Assembly: GCA_965649765.1 (NCBI GenBank)
Contig: OZ287749.1
Coordinates: forward strand, 79,236,001-79,300,000
DNA length: 64,000 bases
Reading direction: 5' to 3'
DNA from: Bispira polyomma
Taxonomy: Eukaryota
The position numbers were made by a program, and so were the translations under genes. Shown piece by piece: positions 38,145-52,763 of this stretch (its first letter is position 1; each line of letters begins with the position of its first letter). The notes under the pieces are model-generated. The model was not told where the DNA came from. It did no database searches and worked only from the letters and a program-made list of their open reading frames with translations.

Positions 38145-39386
38145 TTAAACACAAACAACAACAGCTGTCTTGTCACAGGAGAAAAAGGTCATCTTTAAAG
38201 GTCACATGACATTGTGGTTAAAGGGTGTGTCAGCAGTCAACTGACAGTGACGTTTTAGGTGACAGCTGGGGTGACATGGGATATTTAAACATGAGACACT
38301 TCTGAAACAAACAGAGAATGAGAAGCACATACTCTGTCTCTTGTTGTGGAATATATATACATATAAATATGTGTGGTAAAATATATGTAACATAATCTGC
38401 AACAAAATGATTCATGGTATTTTCTTTACCCAACACTGTCAAACCACTTTAAGCTGAATGTATTTCTCTTTTATAAATATGAGGAAACATGTGTAGCCCC
38501 AAGAGAGGCCTTCTCTTTTAAAATTTACCATGTTAAGTGGAAACCCTGCCTTTGAATTACACATAATGATAAAACATGGGTCTTTTTGTTATTAACTGTT
38601 GTCCATATATTCTGATAAAGTTAACCTGTTTTAATGCTAACTGTGTTAAATTCATTATTACAAAAACTTCTAGTTGTACATGTGATTCTTTGGATATCAA
38701 ATCTTGTGTTTTAATCAGCGTAATGTGGTGTACATTATATGAGTACATTGTGGCTAGTGATCCCAGTAAATAAGTAGTAGACTTTAATCTGTATTAATGT
38801 ATTACAGTATATCTGGGAACCTTTTGTTCTAAGTACACCCTATTTAAAAAAACACATTTGTTCAACTCAGTTGTTTAATAATTGTTGACTGAGCTATATT
38901 TAATAAACAGATTGTATTGTTGATTTTTAACAATCTTTACTAATGCCAGACATCTTCTAAAGTACAACATTAGAATCAATAAACCATAAATCCTAATACA
39001 TAGCCAGTTGGTCGTCATCAGGGATAAATACAGCATGTTCACATCTTGCCCAATGATGTTATCCCTAATGACCATTATGGAGTCAAACTGGAGAGCTTCT
39101 GATGACTAGACCGACTTCCTAACAACTTGATCACGGGAGAAATGTTATATAAAATAGGAGTGTTTTGAGAATTTAGTATAGTATTGAGTTAATGCTCTTG
39201 TTAGTGGTGATACTTTGAAAGTAGTGCAGAGTTACTTACACAAAACTGTATCATGTTTTTCCCTTATCTTGCCATTTTTGTGGTTTATATATTTATTTTA
39301 ACAAATATTAGGATATGTAACAAGTCAAAGTTTTAGTTTAGCATTTTATATATTGTATATTTCAGTATTGTTGATGTTAAACTTTG

Positions 39387-39390
<4 letters not shown>

Positions 39391-39462
<72 letters not shown>
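39391..39462. repeat. (TA)36 microsatellite
   Basis: Directly visible perfect run. Confidence 0.97.
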
Positions 39463-39466
<4 letters not shown>

Positions 39467-41329
39467 TATCATTAAAAATGGGTAAACGATGGATTTATTT
39501 GTATGTTCTCCTATTAAAGTACATGTGCACTATTTATTCCTCAAAATGTATTTATCAGTACATCATTATTATGATATTATTATTATACGTTGTTAAGCTG
39601 TTCAATCTATGATAAATGTCAAACTAAAAATAAAGATATGAAAGTCAATTATCTTGTTTTAGACTCCAGAGTTTAAGCATATAATAATAATAAGATTTTA
39701 CAAAGTCTAATAATATAAATATCAAGAGTTGACACTCTCAACTTTAACACATGCAGTTGGGATCAATTCTCGCCAATAAAATGTCCATTGGAAAATTGCC
39801 AGTAGACTTGGTGAAGGCTTATCGTTTAAAATGCAGAAAATCTTTACCAACTACCCTGTACGGCATACCTCTACAAATAAACTGCCCGTTGCAATATATC
39901 ATGTAGTTATTGAATGCAATGCTAAAGAACCAGTTACCTCAATCTGTACATACTTGAAAACCTTGGAGATTAAATGAGGCTGTCAATATCAACATTAGCT
40001 TTAACTAAGGCTCGGAAGACAATATAGCTTTAACTGAATGTTTTCAAGTTTATATTAAAAAACACAAAAACAATTCATCTTTTGAAAAGTTTGGTCAGTA
40101 TCACTAATGAGGTCATTATGATTGTTTTAGTCTCCTTGAATTGCTTTCAACCTGGTTAAATCACACATGAAGCACTCGTGTCATTAGAACTACATTTGTA
40201 TATTCTTTAAGTATGCATTTTCATGAGTCCTGGTAGTCTTTTGATGAAACACTGTATGACTGCATTTTACACAGTTCCCATTCTGTTCCAAAGGTGTCAG
40301 CACTGTGTTTTTTTTTATATTTGACAGCTTCTTTATTTTATTCCAAATGTAAATTCAGGGAGGGATTCAGTATAACAATGTTAATGCCATCATGGGAGGA
40401 CCTTGCACAAGGTTTAGAGTCCTGGAGATGCCAATAGACTGCGAAGACTTGTGCGTGCTGAAAAGTGTGCTGCTTGGGGGAAAAGAATTGTCACTTGCGT
40501 GTAACAAAAATTATGTTTCCCTTAATAAGTTATCTAATTCACGATGTCTACATTCATAACACTTTATTTATTAGTGGGCTAGTCGTTAGAAACATTAGCT
40601 TTATAGTAACTAGCCTCTCACTTCTCAAGAAATTGGTTTAAACCCTACTGCCTTATTGGTTTCTCATACAAACCCTCAATCCCTCATGTGGGAGAGTTTA
40701 TTATGTAATTTGTCGTAGGCCGGTAGTTTACATCACAAAGCAAGGGATTCCTCCACATAGTACTGGTTTCTTCAAATTTTCTACATTGTACCTGGCTTGA
40801 TGTTAGTTAAAATGTTGGAAGTGATGGAATGCCTAAAAAAACTTAAACTAAGACCTACTCAGACACAAACAATTTTCAATTCCCAGAATGTGCTCATGCA
40901 TTAAAACTGCATAATATATTTTAAAGGCGTCTGTATCTATTGTGAGTCATTTTCTACAATTCAGGAGAGTATGAATCAGCCACAATAAGAAAGTCCCATC
41001 TTGCTAAACTTGCTTTCTCACGATAGGTTGTTCCATGGCCACACGTCACTCTTTCTCGATTTAGGTGTTGTGCTTTAAATCAATAATGCACGTTAAAATC
41101 CACAATACAATATTCTCCGAATTGCTGTTGTTACAAACACTGGCTTCAAGTTCTTGCCCATTCCTGTATATATATATAAGTGTATAATGATAAATAGTTT
41201 GTCGGGGGCAGCAAATTCCCGAAATTTGAGGAAATCACCATGCACTCCTTACAATCAAAGACTTGGATCGGGCTACTAGTATTTACATGATCTTTCAAAT
41301 AATCCTATACATATTAAAAAAACGAGAAA

Positions 41330-41810
41330 TACAGACACATGTGTCAACTTCGACATTACCATTGTGTATTTATGTATCACCCTAAATCTTGGAGTCATGT
41401 TTGACTCTGAAATGCAGATAAACATGTTTGTACATAAAAACATGAGTGCGACTATGTACTCTCTCAAGTCCATTGCACAAAGCAGATGATATATTACCGT
41501 GTAAGCAACTAACAATTTGGTGCAAGCATACGTTGTTTCCAGAATGGATTACTGTAACTCTCTTCTTCTTGGCATCAGTGGCAAATCACTTCAACGTGTG
41601 CAAAATTCTGCAGTTAGGGCTGTCTAACTTGTCTTGGGTGTCACCAGAAATATCAGCTCTGAGAAATGATTACCGATCTAGAAGAGAATCCTATTCAAAA
41701 ACCTAGTTATGATCTTCCACTCTATTAAGGGACAAGCCTTATACCATCTGACAGATCTACCTCCACTCAAGTTCTACTCTTACTACACTCACTCATCTTG
41801 TGATACTTAA
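41330..41810 (+). mobile_element. Degraded L2-type LINE ORF2 fragment
   Basis: NLGVMFDSEM and SRMDYCNSLLLGISGKSLQRVQNSAVR motifs with frameshifts. Confidence 0.7.
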
Positions 41811-44800
41811 TATAAGCAGTTTAGCTGCTATTTCACACTTTAATTAATGCTACAAGAATTAGTTTCTCTATTTTACTTTAAACATCAGTAGAAATGGATA
41901 TTCACTGATAATGATTATTATTTAACCTATTTAAGTAGAATGTTCATATCACTAAACTAGATGGAATTGATTCCTCCAATATCAAATGTCAATGGAAACA
42001 GTTTATACATATACACATATATACATATATACTCTTTGATGGTGGAAATACCTTTGGTTAAAAACACCACAAGGGAATGACTTACTTGTTGTAATTGCCT
42101 TTTTGTTGGGCTAAAATATGAGCACAAAAAACAACAGACAATTAACATTAAATTTTTATTTGGAAAAATGTAGATGAAGCATAACGTGGTCATACATGTC
42201 AAATGCAAGTGATCTCTAGTGGGTCATATGATGTAAAGCTTATCTAACATGTTTAGCTCTCATGAAAAAATGTAGCAATATATTTTTCTTCTGTTGCTAT
42301 ATTATTGGAAACATTTTTAATTCATGCTGGATACTAAGTGAAAATTAAGGTGAATGATACACCAGACTTTTATCAGTTAAAGTATTTTATTATAAGTATT
42401 TCAAACAAGTTGCTCTACCAGGTGGTTGTTATTATAAAAAAAGTGGTAACATAAATCCCCCTCCACCCCCAACATTTCTACACGCTTGGGTTCGAATCTT
42501 GCTATGTGGGAAAGTTGGCACTTGACTTGCTAAATGTTGGTGGTTTTGCACAAACTAACGATGCAACTGCTGTGGGGTTGGCAAAAGACAATGTATACAG
42601 AATAGCATGGCTCATTCACTAGCTCAGGTTATACTCAGTATAAGAGTGCATAATGATTTTATACACACTCTTCTGATATTTGTAACCCAATGTATATACA
42701 GAATAGCATGAGTCGTAGACTTTATAAACCTTGGATTTGTTCAAAAAGCAAGTAAACATCACAATGCACTCAATAAAGTAACGTGGGGAAATCGACTATA
42801 ACTTTTTTTTTTCTATGCTCTAGTTATATAAGTTCGTATACATGTATGTATTTACTCTGTACGAATAAAATAAAGTAAACATTAAACTTGAAAGTGCTAT
42901 CATATCACACTAATACACAAAGGCCCTCACCAATGTAATTGTAATACACAGAGCCATGTTTACAACTTTGTAATATAAATTCTTCAATTTGTCTCCATCT
43001 TCTGTGTACCGTTTTTACCCACAAAGCACATGTGTCAAATATACATCCCGACATCATGTTAGACTTGCTTACAAGTCTTTACTGTTGGTGAAATACTGAA
43101 TGACTGCATTTTACAAGTTCCCATTCTGTTCAAAATGTGTCAGCACTAGTGTTTTTATAACTGCCAGCTTCTTCATTTTATTTTAAAAGTAAACTTCGAT
43201 CCACAGAGGGATATAGTTTAAAAATCATAATGCCCTCATAGAACAACCTTGCACAATGTCGAACATCATGTAAATGTATAATACAATATAAAAGACGTCT
43301 ACTAAAATCCTGAGCCCTAAGCAAGGCTAACAGTGTTATCAGAGTTTCACAAATATTCTCTAGGACCCAATATGAAGTTACATCCTTGCCACAATTGTAA
43401 AACATACAAGTAATTATCATCTTTCAATCTGTGACGCATGCACTACAAAATATATAAAGAAACAAACATTCATAGTAGCTATGTGTTACTGAAATATTTT
43501 GATTTTTGATATAACTTATTACTTTCCATAATCCCTAATTATCAAGGTCGTGCTGCTCAAGGTCATAATGGTTTCGACTGTCATTTGCTACATTCGACTA
43601 TGTGAGGCTGTCAGTATATACTCTCTAACTTGGAATATATAAAGAAGGTATTGCTTATGTTTTACTACATAGCCTTATAAAACTCGTTAAAATATATCTT
43701 AATGTAAATATATAAACCAGTTTATTGATATTTTGAGCTTCGAGAAAGGCTACTACTAAGAGTGTTATCAGAGCTTTACAACCATTCTCCAGGGACCCAA
43801 TGTAAAGTTACATCCTTGTCACAAAACAGTGAATACACACAGCCTGGTGATGTAATGAAGACATCACAAGCCCCCCATTCCCACACAATGTGACCCAGAA
43901 TGACATACCAGCAGATGTCAGTCACCGAGTAAGGATAACAGAGGCAAGATGGATGGGCCTTTGTCACAGAAAAACTCCATATCAACAGGGGGCAAAATGG
44001 TACTAGTTGTGTTAGAGCTGTGTCAATTTTAAGATGGGCTGTTGCCCAATTTAAGATCCCAAGTTTGGTAGCATATAAATTGTTTGCCATTCTCTTTTGA
44101 TATTTTTAAACACTTTAAATCTCAAAAATTATCTTGTACTTGCATTATCTTAAGTGGGGCTTAAGTCCATATTGAGATTGGCAAAATGCTAAGTTGGGCT
44201 CCACAACAGTTACCCTGGAAAACTATAGCATTTGAACCCTTACTGTGTATTTTCTTGGTTAAAGGGCATCAAAGCTGTACCTACTGTATGGGGGGGGGGG
44301 GGGGGGGGGGGTCATTTAACATTCAATGAAATCAATGAATGAGTTCGATTGAACGTTCCTAGTGTTGCTAGGATAAGTTTCCGAGTTACTCAAAAGAAGG
44401 GTCTTGAGATACCAATTATCAGAAAACTATGCACTCTAGCAAGTAGGAAATCTACAGTGTAAACGTCACAAGCAACCAATCAATTGATTTCAAGGTCACC
44501 AGATTGTTCCCAGTGCTCCTAACTCGGGGCTGGATTACTCAGCACGGATAAATTTATCGTGTTACAACGTTTCAAAGAACAATTTAATTTGTATCGCTTG
44601 TTTTCACGTTCCGAGTGGCCAATTACACTGAACAATTAATTGGACCCCTTTCTGTAATAAGTAGGCCCAACTCCAAAAAAAACTTCCACTAGGTATATTG
44701 GTGTGGAAGAAAATAACAGATTTACTCAAGGTTTTGGATAGATGAGGTTGCTAAAACACACACACGCTCAACAACTGTATTCGATCGGGGAAGTACATGT

Positions 44801-46115
44801 ACCTGTATTACACGAATTTTGACCATAGAAGGGAAACTAGAAGATTTGTAAGTTGGTCTATATGTGTGTCCAGTGCATACCTAGTCCTGGTCCCACTGGA
44901 TTCGCATTGCGGTATGTTACTTCTGAATGGTCTCACAGATATTCGATGCAAAACTCCTTGCACAAGTAAAATAATTATTTAAGAAACCTTACACCCACAC
45001 TGATAAATATGTCAATGTACCTGAAAACAGTCACTCTACGACGTGAGGAGTTACCTTATTTTATGTTAATGCCCATTACACTACGTAAACATCAGTGTAA
45101 AGCTATGTTGTATTACACTGAGAGTCACTTGAGGACGCAAGACTACGCCACCTCAAGCACAGACATACAAATATTTACGTTGACACACTTTCAATCTGAC
45201 AGGGTTTGTGTGACCAAATTTTGAACTGTTCAAAAATTGAAATTCCTTGCGTACCATCTCCCACGCCAGGTTATGTACCAGCACATACAACATGGCAAAG
45301 CATGCAAACTTCATGCAAACCTAACGCAAACTTAATTTTTACACAAGATCTTGCGTGGCGGCCCGTGGGACCAAGGCATAAGGTGGGGCCAAACATAGAA
45401 AAAAACACAGCCCTGGCTTTTGCCGTGGACACTGTGCTCTCAGCAAGAGGTATTTGCTCACTACTGTGTGTCCTCCTAGTTACCAGTGGAATTTCCCCAT
45501 TCTAATGTATTCCAATTTAACTTTGTGAGGTTTACAGGCTAGATATTATACATAGTGGCCCAGGTGACCACTAAACATGGTGCTCACCTGCCCAATAGGT
45601 ATTATTGCCAGTGGAAGGCTAAAGATTCTGGGGGGTGGAGTGCGTTGGGGGTAAATGGTTATTATCAAGTATTTGTGTTCAGTTAAGGGGATTGACAGTT
45701 ACTGGTGACGTTTTGTCTTGATTTACGCAGTCAAGAAAAGTAGACAAACTTGGTTAAAATGACTAGCATAATACTTCATCGGTTGGGTGGCCATAGTGGC
45801 TTCGTAGTTATAATCATCTGCTATAATACCACTAGCCTCCCACATCTGCGGATAGTGAGTTTAACTTCAATGATTCTGGCTGTCACAAACATGACCAAAG
45901 ATGTTAAAAGTAACATAATGCCCAGATAAATAATAGTAAAACTTTATTGTGTGATTATCAGCTTGTGATAAGTATTACAGTGTTTCTCCACATACACTCC
46001 ATATATCCTGATAACGCATGCCACTTTTACCGCATGTATGGAAAAAACTCTATTCTTTGTGCGATTGCAACTATTCAAAACCAAGAAATTCAGCTCTAAA
46101 ATATTATAACTACAC

Positions 46116-46371
46116 AAATAACCCGTTGTTGTCTTGTAAGACTGTGTCCCTCATATAACCTGTTGTTGTCTCATAAGACTGTGTCCCTCATATAACCTGT
46201 TGTTGTCTCATCAGACTATGTCCCTAAATAACCTGTTGTTGTCTTGTAAGGCTGTGGCCCTCAAATAACCTGTTGTTGACTCAAAAGACTGTGTCCCTCA
46301 AATAACCTGTTGTTGTCTCATAAGACTGTGGCCCTCAAATAACCTGTTCTTGTCTTGTAAGACTGTGTGCC
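46116..46371. repeat. 37-bp minisatellite, about 7 copies
   Basis: Unit AAATAACCTGTTGTTGTCTCATAAGACTGTGTCCCTC in head-to-tail array with scattered substitutions. Confidence 0.93.
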
Positions 46372-47854
46372 ACTTCGACAACCTTTACTAGCAAGCTACT
46401 GTTCACCCTGGTCATACCCTGGTCGGACTCAATTTAGAGGTGACTTTAGCATACAAGGTGCATTCTCAACTCGCCCCAAACTTGACTCGAACCACTTTAA
46501 TTACATGATTATTAAATAGGTGATGGTCAGCTCAATTGCTTGTGGATCGAGTTGATAATGTATTACACTCTAAAGAAACAATGGGGACCTAAGTAGACTA
46601 TCATAGGTTGAACGTTGCACCCAGTCGACACGATCAGGGCGATCCTTATTCAACTACTGTGTGATCCTTACAACGGCAATGTATGGTCAACTGAACCATG
46701 ACCATCTCCCCTGCTGTGAGCGACTTAAAACTAAATTTAATGTAAAAAATGGTCACATTGATTCGTCCAGGCCATATACAGGCATTTTCAACTTGTTTTA
46801 AACACGATCATGCACGATCACCGGCGAGCCACATTACTTCAGTGTTATACTTAGAACTCATTTAAAATGTCCAAAGTGGGACCCAGACTTAATAAATAGC
46901 TATGTCATCCCATTTAATTCTCCTTAATCTAGTTACATCTTTGAATCATTATTCATACAAAACAAGATGTGACTAATTATTCCACTTTCTTTTGTTACCC
47001 TTTGTTTTAGTTTCTACAATTACATTCCAAACCTTGCTTAAGGCCAGTGTTTGTCATAAACTAATTAATTTTGGAACTAATATAAAAAAATAATAATATA
47101 TACATTCAATTCAGCATATTGTACGAAAAAATGTTTCTGACCAATAAGGAAGCTGTTAGTTATATAAGAATGTTTTGTTGAATTAAATTTATATGTATTT
47201 TGAATTACTAGTTGTTCCCCCCAAAAAAGAGACTTTCTGACAAATATGCCGACATCTCTCAGGATCATATCCCATAGATTTCGTCTTCATGCGAGAAAGT
47301 TTGTCAGGTACTTGCTAGACGTCGGTGGAATAAAGTGTTGTTGCACCAATGCTGTTGAAAGCGACGTAAAAACCCAAATAAATTCAAATTCTGACAAATA
47401 TGAGTTTTAAGCAAGGCTACCAGATCCCCTTTGTTCTACAATAATAAAGTTAAGTTAGCCCCCACGATTCCTCCTCCCCAGGCCCTTTGGTTATTGGCCC
47501 AATTTCCGGGGGTCATGTTATAGCAGGGTATATCTTGTTGCCACAGACTGTTGAGTAATGGTTACTTTATCAATACATCCAGGCATCGTCCCTATTATCT
47601 TTTTATAAATCCCTGAACCAGCCTCACAAAGGCCCATCGTTTTTTGTTTTCTTTTTCTGATGTACTGTGTCATTTATAATGTAAATGTATAGGTTTAATA
47701 GTGTGGCTATCACCTAATGATGTCTCGGTTGGCTTAACAACAACAACTATCCCACCCCAGCATCTGTTTCTCTATTTGACAACAAATTGTTTACTTTGAA
47801 GCATACTACCAGTCTTCATGTCAATTACTATACAAAAGACTAAAATCTATTAGT

Positions 47855-48005
47855 AACCAGGTACCTATTTATATACACTCTCGGTGGAGAGTGACAACTT
47901 TGTGTGTAGTACCCCGCCCAAGGGTACAAGCTCTAGGACCACAAATAGAATTGAACCTTGGACACGCTGATCTAAAGTCGAATTCTGTAACCACTAGGAA
48001 ACCGA
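47855..48005 (-). mobile_element. CORE/MIR-like SINE, degraded
   Basis: CCAGGTACCTATTTATATACAC...GGAGAG...CCCAAGGGTA...GAATTGAACC...TGTAACCACTAGG, similar to 60-248. Confidence 0.55.
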
Positions 48006-51000
48006 CATAAAAGTTGCTTGCTTTATAATTACAACCACCCTGTGCGTTCAAACACAATTTATCCCTAAATAGTGTATTAATAAATTACAACCAACACTTT
48101 CGCGACCACCAATTTTCTGATACACGTTATGCTATACTGAATGCCCACTTATTATAAATCTGGTTTAGACTATCTTATAGAATAAAAATTATAATCTGCT
48201 TTAGAATTTTACACCAAGGCAAGGCTAAGGGAAAGTTCTAAAATTGCACTACACTAGTCTTATACATGTAACTGCGCAGACTTATGAACACCATAATATT
48301 ATTTTTTTGGATTAAGTTCTCGAGAATATGCCAGAGACACTCTATGCTCAAATGAAGCCAGTTTTAATCAGAGGTTTGTATAATAGTCATATATGGTCCC
48401 ACATGACCTCGTCGTGAGGGAGTTGGATGATCAGAAAGTCTCGGTTTCTACTCCTGGTACTGGCCGCTAGTTTCAATGGTGGAATGTCACCCTTGTTCAA
48501 GATGCGTGCACACATTTGCCTAGTGACTTGGATAATCACTTAAAAATGGCGGTCCTCTGTCACTGGCTCCTATCCACAGTCGCAGGCTACAGATATTTGG
48601 GGACGTTGATAAATGGTCCTTCTCAAAGCATCTTTCTTCACTTAGGGGAATGACAGTAACTGGTGTTCTTGACAGTTACAATCAGGAAGGGGTTAATTAG
48701 CGCTCTGAATACCTGATATTTTAAATACCAGATATATGCACTGAGTATAAATGCCAATATGAATGAGTGTTTAACATCAATCGTGATCAACTCTAGTCAT
48801 AAGTTAAGATTGTTTTCTTTACCCAAACGTGTTCACAATGGTAGAACCAAACCACGTGCATGTATTTTGCAAGGATGAAGGTATCTTATAAGTATTGTTG
48901 TTTTACTCTTAATTTTTTTCTGAGGATGGTTGGAAGTAATCAAACCAATGCAAAAAATGCTTTCGTATCTTTCACTTTGCAATATTAGAATTACCTAGTT
49001 TTAATATTGTTATGTGTTATTCCTTTAACAATGAATATATTAATAAAGAATTCCCTTGATCCAAAGAGTACTGTATCCAAAGAAGGATATATTACCCACT
49101 ATACATGTATTTTCTGATGTGAGGTGCCATATTAATACAGTAATATAGTAATAGTTTGTCAAGTATGTCATATATGTATATAATTTGTGTAAAGTCTAAA
49201 TAGCATGTATTTAATATATATGTTTTTATGAAATTTAAAAAATATGTTCGTGACAATATAAAATAGTATATGTTATAAATTGCTTCATTAGCCCAGTTAT
49301 GTTGGGGCTGGCTGTACAGTGTTTTGTTATTATATATATATGTAATCTATGTGAAGCAGGTGGCACTATAGCAAACAAATATTCTCTCTCTCCCTCTCTG
49401 TATGGTCAACAAATGTCAAACAATTTAAAACTGATTGAAAAGTTGTATAAATTTAATTTTGCATCAAGTAGTTATTAAATAATTTATTTATTCAAATTTA
49501 TCTAGGTTGCAAAGATGGAGGCGCCCTTTACAGAATGAAATCAATATGAGCTTGCGTCTGATCAAAAATGCGATGTTTTGACAGACACGAGCCCAGAGCA
49601 AGGCTACAACTGGCTTTGCAGACTTTTCCTCTGTTGATCCCAGTCCAAATGGACATGCACCAAAGCCAGAAATAATAAACAGAAACCTATTAACACTGCT
49701 TAGGTCAACACCAGAGATCTAGATACCATAGATGTAGACATTTTGAGCTGGAACAAAATTTCACTAATGTACACATTTTGTTTAGAAATTCCCTAGACTT
49801 AGTCCTCACTATTGGCTTTTTGGCTTAGTTAAAAGATGAATAAAAATATTAAATTACAATGGGAATCAATTTTCACTATCTAAGCTCATTAAGGACAAGT
49901 AGGTAAAAAATAGCAAACTGGTAAATGTCTATAGATACAGTATTTACAATCTGTTTACTTATAATAACATAACCTCTGCCCAATGGTCAATCATTTAATA
50001 CATCTTCTAAACAGTGAAAGCTGAGGAAGGTTTACTGGATGGACCACAGGTGTTTGTAAACAGAATATATAGGGTATACAGAAAGAATCACACAGTGCTG
50101 TGTTCTGAGAAAAATTCTAAAATCCATTCTTGAATTTGCTTTCTGTTGTTAATTAATCATATTATGTGCATGTGTCACTATAATCAATAAATGTCAATAA
50201 AAATATTGAATGGAATTTGACCCCAAAATTAGGAGTAGCTACAGATTGATTAACGTGTAATGGAAACATTAACTGCCCCTTTAACCCCAAACTGCCCCCT
50301 CCCACCTTTCCCACACAACAAGTAAACAAGAATAACAAATAGACGTTTTTGAAAATGATGTTAAACCCAAATCAAAATCGACAAGGTTAAGTAAAGGGTT
50401 CACAAAGAAATGTAATCGTTCAATGCATAAAAGAAACTTAGAATGTAACATGTAAGATACCACTTTGTCTAACTTTGTATTTAACTGTAATCTTGAAATT
50501 AGGGCTAATCATGGTCCTGTTTAGTATACTTCAAGGTCAACAGTTAAGATTAAAACATTTCAAATGTTGAGGTTACTCTTTTGTTATCAAGACATCTTTG
50601 CTTTATATTTCCTTGCTAGTCTTGCTTTTAAGCTAAGGTTTATCAGAAATTAAAACAATTCATCAGATATCTTTTTTCACTAAGTAAAATCTGAAGTTAT
50701 CAAGACAACTATATCCTACTTCACGAAAATAAATTTTGTGTCACCAAACATATATTCTATTTCCTGGAAACCAAATTTAATAATAAAACCTGAGCCTGAC
50801 TCAAGGCTACCTTTCGTGGATAGAATTAATCTGTAACCATGGTGTTGGAATGTCAAGCACTGGTCAGAGTTATTCTTGTCTAACGGATGATCTGTTGTTC
50901 TCACTCATTTACTTCCGCTTTTACAAGAAGACATGCATCTTCCTGTCCCTGTTTATACTTTGACAGATTTTCTCCTCTGAATATCTTAATGATTTACAAG

Positions 51001-51474
51001 TACAAAGGGTTGGTTCCCTAAGAGAAAAGACAGGCACTGTAGCTAGCTTTCTTTGGAACGTTTTAAAAAAATAATTAGTAAAAATAAATCAATTTCCAAG
51101 GATTGTATTTTTGTTATTATTTTAAAATATATTTACAACTATGAAAAAAGTCTTCAGAAACTATACAATAAAAACAATAAAAATAATAAAAGTTACAAGG
51201 ATTAAATTGAAAATATTTATTTAAGCTTATTTAGACAAAATATTCACAAATGTAAAATAAGGCTTAAATGAATGGATAAGAAGCTATCGAATTCAAACTT
51301 AACAGTACCCTTTAAAAAAAACATATATTTTTGATTATAATAAAACTTTAACCTTATAAATCTTTTACTAGAGTTGGGGATAGCATGTAGTGTGCTAAAA
51401 GATATATTTATAGGCTCAAGGAAAAAGCCCAAAACACATTTGTATCAATTTGCTTTTTCGCCTTAATTTTCGTC

Positions 51475-51605
51475 TCCTGATAACAATTGAACTCTAATCA
51501 CGAACCTTTTCCTTTATCAGACTATTCTTTTGCTTACTGATTTTGGATGTGCGCCACAGATGATGCCTGGTCATCGATTGTGGTGCTATAGAAGTAAAAA
51601 CGTTT
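51475..51605 (+). repeat. Dispersed about 130-bp repeat (probable LINE 3' tail); second copy at about 53220-53347
   Basis: TGAACTCT...TCACGAACCTTT...GACTATTC...GGATGTGCGCCACAGA.GATG.CTGG...ATCGATT.TGG.GCTATA.AAGTAAAA present in both copies. Confidence 0.7.
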
Positions 51606-52080
51606 TATATTTAGCTTTTTATATATTTTGTCATGTTTCAACTTCCCGATATTTTGTCATGGTTCAACTTCCCGGTCTAGTTAAAAAGTGAGAGAAACTG
51701 ACTTCCCTTTAAACTGGAAGCAACCTAGACATTTCGCCATCTAGCTGAGATAATGTGCCAATTGATGTCAATATCAACTAATAAGTGTCCTGTATACAAG
51801 CTCTAAACACAAATATATGCTTACTGGATATCATTTATGTCTATTTCATAATTCAAATAATAACCTTGTCATTGGACCCTCAATTAAACAAACATAAAAC
51901 CCAAGCTGTATGCATTGACATTGAAGTGTCACTACATTATTTTCTAATAATCTAGTGGTAAAATATAATGTAGTGGTGGTGTTTTTCTAACATTTAATAA
52001 AGTAAATATTTAAAGACGCATTCTTAATTTAATTTCAATTTTCATTGAAAAATGTTGTTTTAGTTGGGTTGGGTATTATG

Positions 52081-52194
52081 ATAGATAAACACCTCGTGGC
52101 ACTTACATTATGTAAACTTAATCGGTACTCGAGCCTAAAGGCCTTCGTACTCCATTAAGTTTACATAATGTAGTGCCACTTGGTGTTTATCTAT
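52081..52194. mobile_element. 114-bp palindromic (fold-back) element
   Basis: ATAGATAAACACC..GTGGCACT.ACATTATGTAAACTTAAT is mirrored around a central GAGCCTAAAGGCC. Confidence 0.75.
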
Positions 52195-52264
52195 ATATTA
52201 TTTACAGATTTCTTGTCTGTTGGTCTACTTACTGTACTTGCTTTTCTAGTGAAATAATACGATA

Positions 52265-52760
52265 GACTTTTAACATGCTTAGTTGATGCTGGGCATCTTT
52301 TAAAGCGCAACATTATTCACAAATTTGTTATAAAATCATAGTCAAATTCGTAAAAAGGTGTGTGTGCGTGTGTGTGTGTGGGGGGGGGGTGACAAGGAGG
52401 AGAACATTTTTTATGGGGGGTTACGCAAGGGTTAAAAGATGGGTCTTAGGGTTGTTTCTGAAACCAGAGAGGGTTTCCTGGGATCTCAACATACAGCTGA
52501 ATATCCATTTATTAGTAGTTTTTGTTTTATAATACGGTGACTTCTGTAAGATTTGTCAACTCTTAACTTTGGAAAATGCGGTTGCAGTTGCAAATGCCCT
52601 AGTAGTAAGTCGACTCGATTACTGCAACTCGCTACTGTATGGTATTGGACATGGGGAAGCAAACAAGCTACAGAAAATTTAAAACAATCCATGGTATTAT
52701 TGTCTCTTCACCACCTCTGACTTCTTTCCTAAACACTACCAGGTTTAAGACCATTTAAAG
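52265..52760. mobile_element. L2-type LINE fragments in opposite orientations
   Basis: Minus strand 52265-52560 carries the tail plus LRSQETLSGFRNNPKTHLLTLA*; plus strand 52590-52760 encodes ALVVSRLDYCNSLLYGIGHGEANKLQKI. Confidence 0.7.
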
Positions 52761-52763
52761 TTA

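Noticed and set aside
46116-46371. CRISPR-like 37-bp repeats
   Set aside because: No spacers; an ordinary minisatellite.
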